Positions 1 through 13,525 of a DNA stretch of 64,000 nt are shown here, piece by piece (the stretch's first letter is position 1; every line of letters starts with the position of its first letter). This DNA is from Octopus bimaculoides (lineage: Eukaryota). The stretch lies in assembly GCF_001194135.2 (NCBI RefSeq), contig NC_068983.1, positions 112,566,131-112,630,130 of the forward strand, written 5' to 3'. The translations under genes were made by a program, and so were the position numbers. Below the pieces are notes generated by a model. It made no database searches and had not been told where the DNA came from. It was given only the letters and a program-made list of their open reading frames with translations.

Positions 1-944
1 GTATGAATTTCGTTTAAGCATAGACAAATGGGTACTCCAAGTAGGGTGAATGTCATCGAATGTTCCTATGACTCGCTGCTGTGATGATATTTGCTTCACT
101 GAAATTTTAACGCAAAATATTTATGAAGAGAATTTCTCTTTGTAAGACACCATAACAGCATGCCTTTGTATGGTGTATATACATTTAGTATGATACATAC
201 AAACCTAATTTAATTTAATATTGTTTCAAATGCACTCACTGAGTTTAAATTGATATTTTCTTTTTAAAATATATATTATTTAAAAATTCACCAATACCAA
301 TTTATGTGTTTTAGTTTTGTACATGTTCATCTCCTCTGTAAAAAAAAAAAAAAAAAACCCCAGAAGATGCTTCAGTTAGTGGAAAATTCAAATACTCATG
401 AACTTTCACATCAGCAAGCTTTTAATCAGATTTCTTACTAAATCATTTTCACTCACTTTTTACTTTTTCCCCCATACCTAATTGAGACAGTTCTAATAAC
501 AGATCATATCGCAACAAGGTACCAAACAGCAGTAAATTATTTTTCATGGCAAATAATTCGACATTCTACTCCAGCTAGGTGATACTAAATTATGTAAAGC
601 ACTTCTGAACATTAGTGAGGAGAAAGGATTTTCCTGAATGTTCTTAATACAGCAGTATAATCACTTAAAACTATGTTTGGTGTTCTGTGGAAGTTTATAG
701 ATGTATTTAGTGAAGTAAATGTATGTCTCAAAACTTTTTTTTTTTTAAACTCTGTACAAAGACAGTATTGTATTCTAATTACCATAAAGTAATTTTAAAG
801 AAAATATGTCAGGCAGGAGAATTCAAGAACAAAAAATTTGTTTGGATATGAAGATATTAACTTTATATGTTATTATAAATGACAGATTGAGAAAAGTTAT
901 AACAAACCAGTTTTGTTTCTAAAGAAGAGGGAAGGCTTTGCTGT

Positions 945-1125
945 TGTTATTTTTGTTTTGCCCCAGATCACCCTTCACCAAACAAACTTATGACCAAAGT
1001 CGTGATCACATTGTCTTTCTCTAGGATTATAATATCAAATATATATTTTTCCTTTATTTTAAGATGGCAGGGTGTGATTTGAGGGAGATTTGGCTGCTAT
1101 GTCTGACAGGTCATGAGATTATCAA
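945..1125 (+). repeat. Unclassified dispersed repeat (inverted copy at ~6170-6345; weaker copies ~33560-33610, ~38690-38830, ~51110-51320)
   Basis: The segment ...taagatggcagggtgtgatttgagggagatttggctgctat... is the reverse complement of 6180-6215 (atagctgtcagatgtccctcaaatcccaccctaccatctta); flanking similarity extends ~170 bp. Confidence 0.6.
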
Positions 1126-1565
1126 GAAGCTTTATTGGCACATGGATGGAAAGCTGTCTTTTTTAAGTGCTATTTATTTCTCTTCTTGAATGAAATAAGT
1201 AAACAAGATATTAATTATTTATAAAATATGGACTAGTATCAATCCAACAATATATAGTAATTAGGAAAAAAAGTATTTTGGGAGTTTCACCATCATTATA
1301 CAAAGTGCAGTATGTAAATCAGAGAATGCATCATTAGATTTAAAGAGGTATCTATTTATTAAAAACCAAAACAAAATAGAAAACCTAATTAATACTTATG
1401 ATGTTAATGGATTAATGGATGAGAAACAAACACATAAAGCCACAAATGAAAATTAACTCATCAGTTAAAAGGTTTAGCTTAATGCATATTAACAAAATAA
1501 TAGAATTAAGAAGGGTTAATTCTCCACCTACAGTGAGTGCTCAGATATCTGAAAAGATATAAATA

Positions 1566-1973
1566 CATGTGACTGTGTGGTAAGAAGTTTGCTTCACAAC
1601 CACATGGTTCTGAGTTCAGTTCCACTATGTGGCAACTTGAGCAAGTGTCTTCTACTTTAGCCCAGGGTTGACCAAAGTCTTATGAGTGGATTTGGTAGAT
1701 GGAAGCTAAAAGAAACCTGTCGTATATATATCCGCTTACGTTTTGGTATCACGCTATATTTCACGTTGAGAACAATTTAGGTCTTATTAGACACAAGATG
1801 TGATCTATTTCTAGCACATTGAATGTCCACGTTAGTGGTCAACGTCATATATAAAAATGTACTTTAATCCCCTGAGATTGCAGATACTGTTTCTGAATCT
1901 TTTTGATTCTTTAAATGTGCTAGCTTCCTGGTAATTAATCGATATTAATTAATATATGATTTTTTACCCTATT

Positions 1974-2007
<34 letters not shown>

Positions 2008-2255
2008 GCATTTATATATGAGTGTCTTTATATCTGTATTAGTTCCTCACCATTCACCATTGCTTGATAACAAGTGTTGGTGTGTTTACATTCTCATAAC
2101 TTAGCAGCCTGGCAAAAGAGACTGATTTTAAAAAAGTGTTTTTTTTTTGTTTTTTTTATAAATACTGGGGTTGATTTGTTTGACTAAAAATTCTTCAAGA
2201 CTGTGCTCCAGCTTGATCGCAGTCTAATGACTGAAACTAGTTAAAGATAGAAGAG
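1566..2255 (+). mobile_element. tRNA-derived SINE family A (tRNA head - central domain - (TA)n spacer - 3' tail), interrupted at 1731-1980
   Basis: A-box-like TGACTGTGTGG, B-box-like GTTCAGTTC, central gcaagtgtcttctact...gagtggatttggtaga and tail ctccagc...atgactgaaac are shared with the copies at 2440, 41721, 43305 and 50515. Confidence 0.8.
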
Positions 2256-2439
2256 AAACAATATTCTAGATTGCATTTCAGAAAGTTGCCCGCTGGATTA
2301 ACATATTCACTCACCAACATTATAATACTGATCTATTGTCTTGATGTCTCTGCCCTCCTTTTAAAACATTGGTGCTTTCTAACTAGAACTTAATACGTAA
2401 ACCTCTATTTTCACCTAACTCAATATCATTTATTGTTTA

Positions 2440-2692
2440 TTTTTTCTTGGTTACAGTCAATAGACTTCGGTCATGCTGGAGCATTACCTTGAAGAATTTT
2501 TAGTCAAATGCATCGACACCTATACTTGTGTTTTGATAAGCCAGGTGCTTATTCTATCAGTTTATTTTTTCCAAACTGCTAAGTTACAGCGACATCAGCT
2601 CACCAGCACCAATTGTGAAGTGGTGGTGGGATGGGGGTAGTGGCAAACACAGACACAAAGACATGCACATGCACACACACATACACATTTAC

Positions 2693-2743
<51 letters not shown>

Positions 2744-3217
2744 TAAAAATATCTATGTATGCCAGTGCCACCTGATTGGCTACATGCTGGTGGCACGTAA
2801 ATAGCACCATTCAAGTATGGTTGGTGCCAGTGCTGGCTGACTGGCTTCTGTACTGGTGCCATGTAAAAAGTACCCACTACACTCTCAGAGTGGTTGGCAT
2901 TAGGAAGGGCATCCAGCTGCAGAAAACTTGTCAGATCAGATTGGATCCTGGTGCAGCCTCCTGGCTTGCCAGTCCTCTGTTAAACCGTCCACTCCATGCC
3001 TGCATAGAAAGCAGACATTAAACAATTATGATGATGATGATGATGATATATATACAATGGGCTTCTTTCAGTTTCTGTCTACCAAATTCTCTCACAAGGG
3101 TTTGGTCAGCCCAAGGCTATACTAGAAGACACTTGTCAAAGGTGCCATGCAGTGGGGCTGAACCCAGAGCCATGTGGTAGGAAGCAAGCTTCTTACCACA
3201 CAGCCATGCCTGTGCCT
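2440..3217 (-). mobile_element. SINE family A, with an RTE 3' end nested in its (TA)n spacer
   Basis: Reverse complement of family A tail (2440-2660) and head (3047-3217), separated by (AT)n and the 2757-3046 insertion. Confidence 0.8.
2757..3046 (+). mobile_element. 5'-truncated RTE LINE 3' end with (GAT)n tail
   Basis: gtggttggcattaggaagggcatccagctg...gcatagaaagcagacattaaac(gat)n matches the 3' UTR of the RTE at 62521-64000. Confidence 0.8.
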
Positions 3218-3537
3218 GTATATTCATCACTTTTTTGTCTCTCACTTCAATACACTTCTTTATTTGTGCTAAAATTGTCCTCGCTAAAGCTAATATTTTT
3301 ATTACTATTAGACAGCTATATGAACTCTATCATTGCACCAGTTTTTCACTGAACCAATTTTTTTTACTGCACCAGTTAATCTTTTGCTGAAATCCAAACA
3401 CTAGCTTGTCTAATTTCATACATTTCTCATCCTCATTCTTATGTATCCCATTTGTGATCATTGTTCCATTCTAAATCCTACAGTGCATCTGAGTAAACTC
3501 TACAACTTTGTAACATTATCAAATTCCCAAACCAAGC

Positions 3538-3538
3538 A

Positions 3539-3622
<84 letters not shown>

Positions 3623-3643
3623 CACACACACACACACACACAG
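3538..3643 (+). repeat. (CA)n microsatellite
   Basis: Direct reading of the sequence. Confidence 0.98.
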
Positions 3644-4199
3644 AATGAAAATGAATGATTTCGTCCAGTCTATTCATCATCATAACAATCAATGTATGAC
3701 AAAAAGAAATCAATAAATCAATACATAAGTTGCACAATAAAAGGCACAAACTGATTAGAAATTTCACAGATTTTCCTTCACTGATATCGAGTATTTGTTT
3801 TGCCTCAATGTTTTATTTGTGTATTTGTGTTATGATATATTAGAAGAACTTTTATGACTGCCCATAAACTTTTGTATTTACACCTAACAGATTACAAATA
3901 TTCAGAAATATTACCAGAACGCAATAACAAAATAAATTTATTATATACCATGGAAAGAGTTTTGAGTTGGTAGAAACAGTAAAGCCAAGACTTACAATAT
4001 AATATTGTAGAAGAACAGCCAGTCATCATTCATGAATGAAAATTGCTTGGTAACATTTCCTATGATCTCCCTAATTGCTTCAAGTGTCTATTGTAGTCAT
4101 GAATGGACACAGATCCTCTCTCAGACCTATTCTTCTCTTGATTTAGTTGTATATCCAGGATGTGGCAGCTAGTGGGAGAGGGGACTACAGCAGCACCTG

Positions 4200-4320
4200 G
4201 AAGAAATTCATTGGTACTGAAAAGATTGGAGCATGTGAAATGAAGTACCCTGATCAAGAACACAGTACCCCGCCAAATTAAGAAATTGATACCCTAACCA
4301 CTTGGCCATGTGCTTTCACT
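4200..4320 (-). mobile_element. Degraded SINE family E head
   Basis: The reverse complement catggccaagtggttagggt...gtgttcttga...tttcacatgctcc resembles the copy at 36911. Confidence 0.5.
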
Positions 4321-5112
4321 AACAAAATATTGTAAGGTATTAAACATTACCATACACTATTCAGTTTCTTCTCATTCTGTTCTGAATTTATATTCCATTG
4401 GAATTGACATTGCTTTACATATCTCCAGATTTTATGAAATTAGCATTCATAAATTACTAAACATAAGCTTGATTCTAGTGAAGTACTAATAGTGAATTTT
4501 GCCCTCTCAGAATAAACATTGATCTTCCGTCAAATCCAACAGTTTTTATGTTATTCTATTGTCAGGTTTATCTCATAATATTGGAAATTGTCATATTTTA
4601 GGATAAATCATAGCTGGTCTGAGATCACACTGAATTCTATACTAATCTGATTTAACATTTACCATGGATCTCTAATATTCATCTCAATATTTTTGATGTT
4701 TACATGAAAGAAATATATTTATATATTTGCGTCATCTGTCATATTATTAATATCCATCTTAGATAGTCCTTTCTTTAATCTATTAGATGTGAACCTTACC
4801 ATCTTCTGGGATGAAAAATTCATCTATCTTCTTTGGTGACTACTTGGCTGTGGTATTACACCTATCAACATTCACACTTTCTTTGAATATAAAATCGTTC
4901 TTTCAACTGATTCATGCATTGAGATTTAATGATGAATCAGTTCAACTCGACAACAGATATTAGCGAAGATAGTTTTCTGAAACTCTACTATCTGGATCTC
5001 AAATATAATGTATATCAGTTTTAGCATTGTGCTCTATGTTACTTTTATTTCCCATTTAACAAATTCTACTCAGAAAATATGTGCACCTTTGTCTTCTATC
5101 AAAACCTTGAAT

Positions 5113-5438
5113 CAGAGGTTCTCAAACATTTTGGGCCACTGCCCCACTCATAGCCACATAATACCCTCAGTGCCCCCACCCCTATTTATGTAAAAATAAA
5201 TATTTTATATTTTATTAATTTATATATACTGTGAATCATTTGTTATCTAATATAATATTGTATAATTTGTATACAATACTATAATAATATAATAAATTCA
5301 TAGCATCCCCCAATTCACTGCCTTCCTCCCAATGCCTCCTTTTTCTCTACTGCCCCCGCCCACCCCCTTAGGAACCAGCACCCAGCTGGACCATCTCAAC
5401 ACCCACCAGAGTGGTAGCACCCACTTTGAGAACCTATG
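5113..5438. mobile_element. hAT-type MITE
   Basis: TIRs CAGAGGTTCTCAAA / TTTGAGAACCTATG (13/14) with an exact 8-bp TSD CCTTGAAT at 5105-5112 and 5439-5446. Confidence 0.88.
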
Positions 5439-5509
5439 CCTTGAATTGACCAATGTCTAGAGAGAAAACTTTCACAAATAGAACCTACATAATCATTTAA
5501 AAAACACCG

Positions 5510-5678
5510 ATTACACTCTCAGAGTGGTTGGCATTAGGAAGGGCATCCAGCTGTAGAAACCATGCCAAATTAAACTGGAACTTAGTGCAGCTCTTCGGCT
5601 TACCAGTCCTACTCGGACCATCTAATCCATGCCTGCATGGAAAGTAGATGTTAAATAGTGATGATGATGATGATGATT
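5510..5678 (+). mobile_element. Truncated RTE 3' end
   Basis: Same tail motifs and (GAT)n end as the other RTE tails. Confidence 0.75.
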
Positions 5679-7649
5679 ATGTTGGTGATGCTATATGTAC
5701 AGATACATACATATAAATACCCACACACGCATGCGTACACACACATACACACATATATTCTACATGCAGAACATAGTTGAATGATGCGCTTAACGTAGTA
5801 AGCTTCATAACTCTTTTTAAGTGATCAAAATTGTATCTGTAATAATAATTCTTGTCAAGAAAGACAGAAAGACAACTTCGAATACTCATTCTTAACTGAT
5901 CTGAGAATGACATACATACCAACAAACATACATAGATACTTTGGCAAGAAATCTTGAAATGAAACTGAATTATATCATACAAGCACACGCATATCTACAT
6001 ATACATCACAGTATTGCAATATTGACCAGACTGTTGGATGTTGTAACACACTGCTGGTCACAATGCACTTCCTTGCATTGTTTTGGCTTTCAGATGATAT
6101 CACCTTACTGGCTAGGTGAGCAGGCCAACTTTTCCCCAGAACAAAACATCAGTCGATTGCAAGATTGGGTGGGCTGTTAGAAATAGCTGTCAGATGTCCC
6201 TCAAATCCCACCCTACCATCTTAAACACAAATGAAATATATTCACTAATGTAATCCTAGAAAAAGATAAGGCAATCATGGCTGAAATGCCTTTGGTCATA
6301 AATCTGATTGGTCAGGGTTGATCTGGATCAAAACAAAACAAAAAAATAACCTTCACTCTTCTTTAGAAATGAGTGCAATTTGTTTTGACTTTTCTTAATC
6401 TATCATTTGTAATAATATCTCCGTAGCTAAAGGCTAAATCTCCTTGAGTTCTACACACATACACACACACACACACCATCATTATCATCATCATCAGCAT
6501 CATACATATATGAGTGTGTATGCATGAGAGAGAGATGAAGAGAGAAATATGTGTATGTGCATATGCATGTGTATATCTGGCTTATATATATATATATAGT
6601 TATTAAATAAGTAAGCACTGATGCGAAAACCAAAATTCCATAGCTTTGAAATAAAAGCACACAGTGTAGTAATTGTTCTGCCAATTTCACATATGTTGCA
6701 TTGCCACCTTTGCAATTATAAATGCAGTGAACTGCTTATTGGTATGTTAGAAACCTGTAATCAATGACAAAGTTATTTTCCCAGCATGATATAAAATAAA
6801 TAAATATATAAATAAATATTGGCATGGCAAGCGTCCAGAAAGAAATAAAAACTTTTAGTTACATGGATGGAAGGAGCTGCAACACATTAATAGTTAACGA
6901 ATTTTCTCTCATTAGTAACATCAAGTTTATGCTATTTAGTGTCATACAATATTGAGAAATTCCATGTTAATGATCATTGTTAATTCAACATCGTTTCGAA
7001 CATTTTCTGCCTGCCTCTGCCAACTTTCCTAAGATAGGGAGATAGGAAAATATTGTTGCAATGTGACACAACATGTTTCTCAACACTGAGCTCTAGCATT
7101 TGTCTGATTCAAGTGTTAGCATAAGCAGCAGATATTTAAATGAGCTTCATGAGTTCAACTGTAAAATTGGTGCTTGGTTTTGCCCAAATCTCGACACCTT
7201 GCAGTGGCTATTCTAGTTTCTTGCATTTTGAGTTCAAAGTCAACTTGTCAAAGCCAACTTTGCCTTTCATCCTTCCAGGATTAATAGAGTTTCATTAGGA
7301 CAGTGGTTGGGTGGAACAGTTAGAGTATCAAACAGGAATATTTATTCTGGCTTTGTTTTCAGAGTTTAAATTCTACTGTAGCATACTTGAGTGACAGACA
7401 CTGCATTACTCTGTTTAATGCTACTACCTCACTCTTTAATGTCTTTAGTGGAATCCAATCTGTTGCAAGTATTGAAACAATATCTCTAATTTGAGGACAC
7501 CTCCCGCTCTAACACCTATCAGCCTCAAAGACCCTATAAAAGGTCTTGGGCACTGCCTTTCCTCCTGTTTAAACAATAAGAGCAAGAAGAACAAATAGAT
7601 AAACTGTAAGATGAAACTCTAATAACAGACAAAGTTAAAGAAAGTATTA

Positions 7650-8814
7650 TCTCTTTGATTTCAATGTGAACAAAGTATCAATACTTCCCTCTTTCTCTTT
7701 TATTCTCTCTCTCTCTCTGTTTTCTCTTTTGCTCTCACACTCTTGAGCAAAATACAAGTGTTCAGTCTTTGCAGTAATTGAATTTTTCCATGGGTGATTC
7801 TACATATTCTGTGGAATAATTCTTGCCAATGCAGACTATTTCTGGTTTACTCAACTTCCATGTTTTATGCTGTAACTCCTGTAAGTTATTTGCATATCCA
7901 ATTAATCTCTAAGGTATCCTGAAATGCCTGAAAAGCCTTTCAGCTCATCAACTCCTGTCAAACCATCCAACCCTTGCCTGCATGGAAAACGGAATTAAAT
8001 GATGATGATGATGATGATGATGATTCGATGAAATCAAAGCCTGATAATATTGCATATTTAGCTATTGATAACTAAAACATAGTATAACTCTAAATGGTTA
8101 CTTTTCCTGGTGTACTTGTAAAATATTTATCAAATAATTACTTGTATTAGTATATTCAATTCATGTTATCTAAATATACATACAAAGCTAGGAGTGGGTG
8201 GGAGGCTGTAATTGTGTATAGCATGGAACAGGAAGATTAAATTATGAGGAGGAGGACAACGATGACGACGATGATGACGATGACAACAATAAAGATGATC
8301 ATGATCATGATGACAGAAATTAAGCTGAAAGCTTACGTGAGAGTCAAAAGGTCATTTTTGTTGAAGGTTACCTTGGTCAGGTGAAAGAAGTACTTGAGTC
8401 AAAACTGGTGGCCAAAAGGTTTTTGGCTTTGTGGTGGAGAACCCACTTCTCATTAGGAAGTTGATGTTAGACAACTTGAATATTGACTGGAAGGTGTATG
8501 GATTTGAACCCCAAATGCAAAATTACCTGCTCACTGTTATAAATGAACCACACCATTTTCATGGGAACAACCAAAATATCAACACATCAGCCTGAATCCA
8601 TGTTGTGAACATCATCTTGAATCTTCTTGAGACTCATGTCCTTTTTCACTAGCTAAAATCATTGCAGAGTGTCTCTTTGATTTCAATGTGAACAAAGTAT
8701 CAATACTTCCCTCTTTCTCTTTTATTCTCTCTCTCTCTGTTTTCTCTTTTGCTCTCACACTCTTGGGCAAAATACAAGTGTTCAGTCTTTGCAGCAATTG
8801 AATTTTTCCATGGG
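7650..8814 (+). repeat. Near-identical ~145-bp direct duplication (7650-7794 and 8672-8814)
   Basis: Copies differ by two substitutions and one CT unit. Confidence 0.9.
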
Positions 8815-9424
8815 GAGCTGAAGGATTCACATATTTCTCACCTCTTGCCAGCCAGAGATTTTGAGATCACCACAGAGATCATACATCTCCCTTCTCACCA
8901 TAAGCCAGATCAGGGTAGAACTCTGTTGGCATTTCAATCTGGACATATACCAGCAAATCAAGAAAAACACTTCAGCATGTTTTGGCAGATTCATATTCTT
9001 TTGTCTCTCATTTTCCAAATAATTAATGGCTGAGCAAATACAGTTTAGTCAATTCCTACATCTTAGTCTTGTTACCAGTGAGAATTTGATAATTTATGTA
9101 TGTATGCACTGTTAACCTGCTTTGAATAAATTTGTTGTTAAATGCCTCTCTCGGTCACCCCTTGTGGAATTTCTTGTTCATTTGTATAATACTATTGTTG
9201 ACTCATTTATGAGTCTTACCCAGCGAATGTAATGATAAAAATCTGTGACAACATATTTCATTCTCAATAATGATGAACAGTTCACAAGTCAAAGAACGTA
9301 GATAGCTGGTTTATCAAAGAAAACAATCTCATTAAGTGGATGGCAGCAGTCTATCATTAATAACATTTTTGGAAGTTGTGATTTATTAGAAGTTAAGCTA
9401 AGTAAAATTGCTCTTTCACACATG

Positions 9425-9683
9425 CAGGCTTGTCCTTCAAGTGTTGGTGCCACATAAAAAGCACCAGTGCCAGTGATGCATAAATGCACCTGTGTCAGTG
9501 GCAGGTAAGAAGCACACAACACACTCTCTTAAGTGGTTAGTGTTAGGAAGAGCATCCAGTCATAGAAATCATGCCACAACAGACTATTGGTGTCTGGACA
9601 GCTCCCAGCTGGCCAGCTCCATGTCAAACTGTCGAACTCATGCAAGCATGGAAAACGGACATTAAACGATGATGATGATGTTG
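9425..9683 (+). mobile_element. Truncated RTE 3' end
   Basis: Two gtg..ggtggcac.taaaaagcac units, the tail motifs and (GAT)n. Confidence 0.75.
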
Positions 9684-9860
9684 ATGGAACGTGAATTACA
9701 CAATATATTGCTTTCATGCTAAGGTACATAGACACATATAAGGGAACCTCTCCATGTCTGGTCAAATTCCTAAAAAAAGTAGGTTAATCTTCTTTAAATC
9801 CTATCATACAGTTTACAAACAAACAAATAAATAAATAACAAACTAAAGTAATAATTTAAA

Positions 9861-10525
9861 CTAGTAGCTGAGCCCGGTTTCACCCGGTCAGAGAACGACG
9901 TGAAGAGAGAAACGAAGACATAAAAAAGAGGAAGAAGTGGATACGAAGTGGTGTTTGGGCGACGGATCTCGGTAGGAAAAAAAGAATGTCATGGTGAGTT
10001 AGTAAGGAGAGCAAAGCAAAACTGGACTTAGGTAGGCTGGCAGGACGATGAAAAAAATTGCGGAGTTGAAATTAGAGCAGTCAAAGTTGCCGTTGTTGGA
10101 GTGCCTCTTGTTAGACAACATTCTTCGTCCTTCCCTCGGGTGCACAAATAGAAAGACCATGGCGACAGCCAACGTACAGTTGTGCATGTGAGAATACTTG
10201 CTCTGTCAGATTCAAACCAACCGCTTGCACTGATTGTCCCTGCACCTTGTTGATTGTCATGGGAAAGCAGAGTTTGATGGGAAATTGCATCTGTTTAAAC
10301 TTGTAGGTCATATCGGAGTGGATAAGGGACATGGGAGCTATAAGTATGTCTTAGCCAGCAGCCGGTTCATTCAAGATTGTTGCCTACAGAACTCGGGAGC
10401 ACAATTTTTTTATAGTCATCTGCGTACTATTGCACATTATTGGAGCATCTAAATTCCTTAGCACCATGATTGGCACGCCAACTTTCAGATGCAGTTCGTG
10501 AGCTGGTAGTTCTGCGGGTCCCCCC
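9861..10525 (-). mobile_element. Helitron 3' fragment: Pif1-like helicase C-terminus (pseudogenised) and intact 3' terminus
   Basis: Minus frame reads PAELPAHELHLKVGVPIMVLRNLDAP..CNST..L*ATILNEPAAG*DILI..LIHSD..FKQMQFPIKLCFPMTINKVQGQSV..VGLNL..VFSHAQLYV..EGRTKNVV. The terminus is CCGG-GTGAAA-CCGG hairpin ... CTAG|T at 9861. Confidence 0.88.
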
Positions 10526-10797
10526 TTTTGTCAGATTTGTCATGGGCCGGCCAGTCTATCTCAGATACATGGGAAGCTTGATTAAATTCTTCATCAACAC
10601 AGAGGAGCCGAAATAAATTTTTTCAATGTCCAAAGGAAGCCAAATCGCGAAAGAGGTTGAGAAATGCTGATCTATAACGATGGTTTTTATTTAGGCACAT
10701 CGTAAAAGTAATTATAATGAATTGCTTAATATAAAGAAAAGTATGTTTTTTCAAGCAAATACAGTTAGAAAAAATATTTACCATTTCAAGTCATCAC

Positions 10798-11291
10798 NNN
10801 NNNNNNNNNNNNNNNNNNNNNNNNNNNNNNNNNNNNNNNNNNNNNNNNNNNNNNNNNNNNNNNNNNNNNNNNNNNNNNNNNNNNNNNNNNNNNNNNNNNN
10901 NNNNNNNNNNNNNNNNNNNNNNNNNNNNNNNNNNNNNNNNNNNNNNNNNNNNNNNNNNNNNNNNNNNNNNNNNNNNNNNNNNNNNNNNNNNNNNNNNNNN
11001 NNNNNNNNNNNNNNNNNNNNNNNNNNNNNNNNNNNNNNNNNNNNNNNNNNNNNNNNNNNNNNNNNNNNNNNNNNNNNNNNNNNNNNNNNNNNNNNNNNNN
11101 NNNNNNNNNNNNNNNNNNNNNNNNNNNNNNNNNNNNNNNNNNNNNNNNNNNNNNNNNNNNNNNNNNNNNNNNNNNNNNNNNNNNNNNNNNNNNNNNNNNN
11201 NNNNNNNNNNNNNNNNNNNNNNNNNNNNNNNNNNNNNNNNNNNNNNNNNNNNNNNNNNNNNNNNNNNNNNNNNNNNNNNNNNNNNNNNNNN
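10798..11291. other. Assembly gap (other gaps: 19388-19477, 20748-20757, 49048-49213, 50776-50800, 54154-54371, 58972-59044, 60086-60658)
   Basis: N runs, mostly flanked by microsatellites. Confidence 0.99.
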
Positions 11292-11322
<31 letters not shown>

Positions 11323-11574
11323 TAGATAGATAACTTAGAGAATGTACATAACGAACATACAAAATGATGGAGTATTTATGACCAGAAAAGATTTGATCAA
11401 AAGCCTACTCATTCAAGCCTTCCTAGGGTTAAAATGCAACAACTTTAAAAACTTTCATCTTTATACATTTTTATATTAGTAGCATAACGATATTAAGTAT
11501 GTCAAAGAAAAAAAATCATTCTCTCAAGAAATAAAGAATAACTAACCATTGTTCTTTTGGTTTATTACACTTTA

Positions 11575-11605
<31 letters not shown>

Positions 11606-12118
11606 TATATGAAAATATTAGTGAAATAGAATCTAATAATTATGGATAGGTGGGAAGGTTTTTTTTTTTACCAAAAGTAAGAAGAAAAGAAAATATTGAG
11701 TAATGTCATACCTAATTTAAATAAATAAACATTAAAATGATATCAAGAATATATAAAAAATGGATGAAATTGATATAAAGAAATGAGGAAAATATTTGAA
11801 GAATAGAAATGTCTAAGACTTGACAGTTTGTTAAAGTAAATGCATAAAAGATATGACACAAAAAGATGTGATTGTTTGGTTTGTGTGTGTGTATGTAGTG
11901 TACACACATACAACTCAGGATTATAAACTTTATCCATGCTCATAAGGATATACACTTGACATATGTAGATGTGCACATTTATGAATACAGATATTAAAAA
12001 TATGCTTGTGACAAGACGTAAAACTTATACTTATATGCATATTTCATATGTATATATATATGTTTACATATATATGTGTGCATGTGTGTGTGTACATATA
12101 TGTATATATGTATATGTG

Positions 12119-12164
<46 letters not shown>

Positions 12165-13525
12165 TAGATAGATAGATAGATAGATTGATAGATACATACA
12201 TACACGTGTATGTATATATATATATATATATACTTATATATATTCATATACAATATACGTATAAAAATCTTTATATATGTACATGCATCTTTCTTTCTAT
12301 GTGTGTGTGGGTGAACTGATATTACTCACTGAAAGGAAGCAAATTTCTAACACATTCTCCTTTTTCATATTACTTCTAACAAATCTCAGGCAACTTCCCT
12401 TCAGTGATAGCCTACATTGTAAGCTACATGTTTCTCCATGTGAAATGCTGAGTTTTCTCTACACAACAAAAAGATATAAAACATGTAAACAGCTCTGTTG
12501 TCTCTATTAGATCACTGGGCCTACTAAAAAAGAGCAACCAAATTCTCTCATGTCTTACACTTCCATTTTAAAAACAAAGAAAATATATTTTGACCATTGT
12601 AATCATTGAGACACAAGAAAGAGAAAGAATGTTCATAGCTGAAATACTCTTGAACATAGGTGTGTTTAACCATGGTCTGGTTTGGAATAACCAGTCATTA
12701 TCATCACAATCATCCCTCAACAGTTTTGTGTGTAAACCATGCACATGTTTTCTCGGTTACATTCATAATTTGATGAACTGCTTAATCAGCAGACTTTCTC
12801 TCAGCCACACTCAAAATCCTTGTGTCAAATACCCCGAAGTTTACTTTGTCTATTTACACTGTACTAATCAGCAAACATTCTTTGCCAACTCTCCACAACA
12901 TTGCATCAAATAACCAGAAATTTGCTTTGTGTATTTATACTGTACTAAAATAGATTTTGCTCTTCAATCTTTCTGTACTTGCTCAATGTGTGTCAATCTG
13001 AATATAAACTGGTATGCTCTGCCTGCCTAACTCTCAACTCCCAAAACTTGTAATTTATCATTGTTTTCCTCCATAAACACAACTGGAACTTTCTCATTGT
13101 CAATGTTTTTGTTCAATCATTTTCCTTTGAGAATTTAAATTCAATACAAACAATATTAGCCTCAAAATTAGTTATCATTCTGGCCTTGTGCCAAAGTCTG
13201 AAACTAATATTAGTTACCATTATCCTGAGTCCAAAGACCCAAAGTGACTTCCAGTTAAAAGTTTTCCATTCTCTTTTTACCATTTAATAAAGGAGGAGAA
13301 GGTAGTGCACCTAACAAGTTCTCTTCTTTTATTTGAAGCTTCCAACACTTGTAGGAAGAAGGAAGTTATCCTTAAACCTGACACCTAACCAAAATGCTTG
13401 CAACAGAGTGAGATTTACTAAACATACTCAAGAACCAGTTGGTAGTGTTCAGTTAGATGATGAATTTAGGTCAATCATTGAGGGACTCTGATCACAAAGA
13501 TCCAAAATGCTTATTGCAAGACATT

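Noticed and set aside
4060-4263. 67-aa minus ORF as a terminal exon
   Set aside because: Its acceptor lies within a degraded SINE E; no homology recognised.
11712-11812. Hydrophobic minus segment as the missing TM exon
   Set aside because: Poor polypyrimidine tract, and an in-frame TAG as the last codon before the donor.
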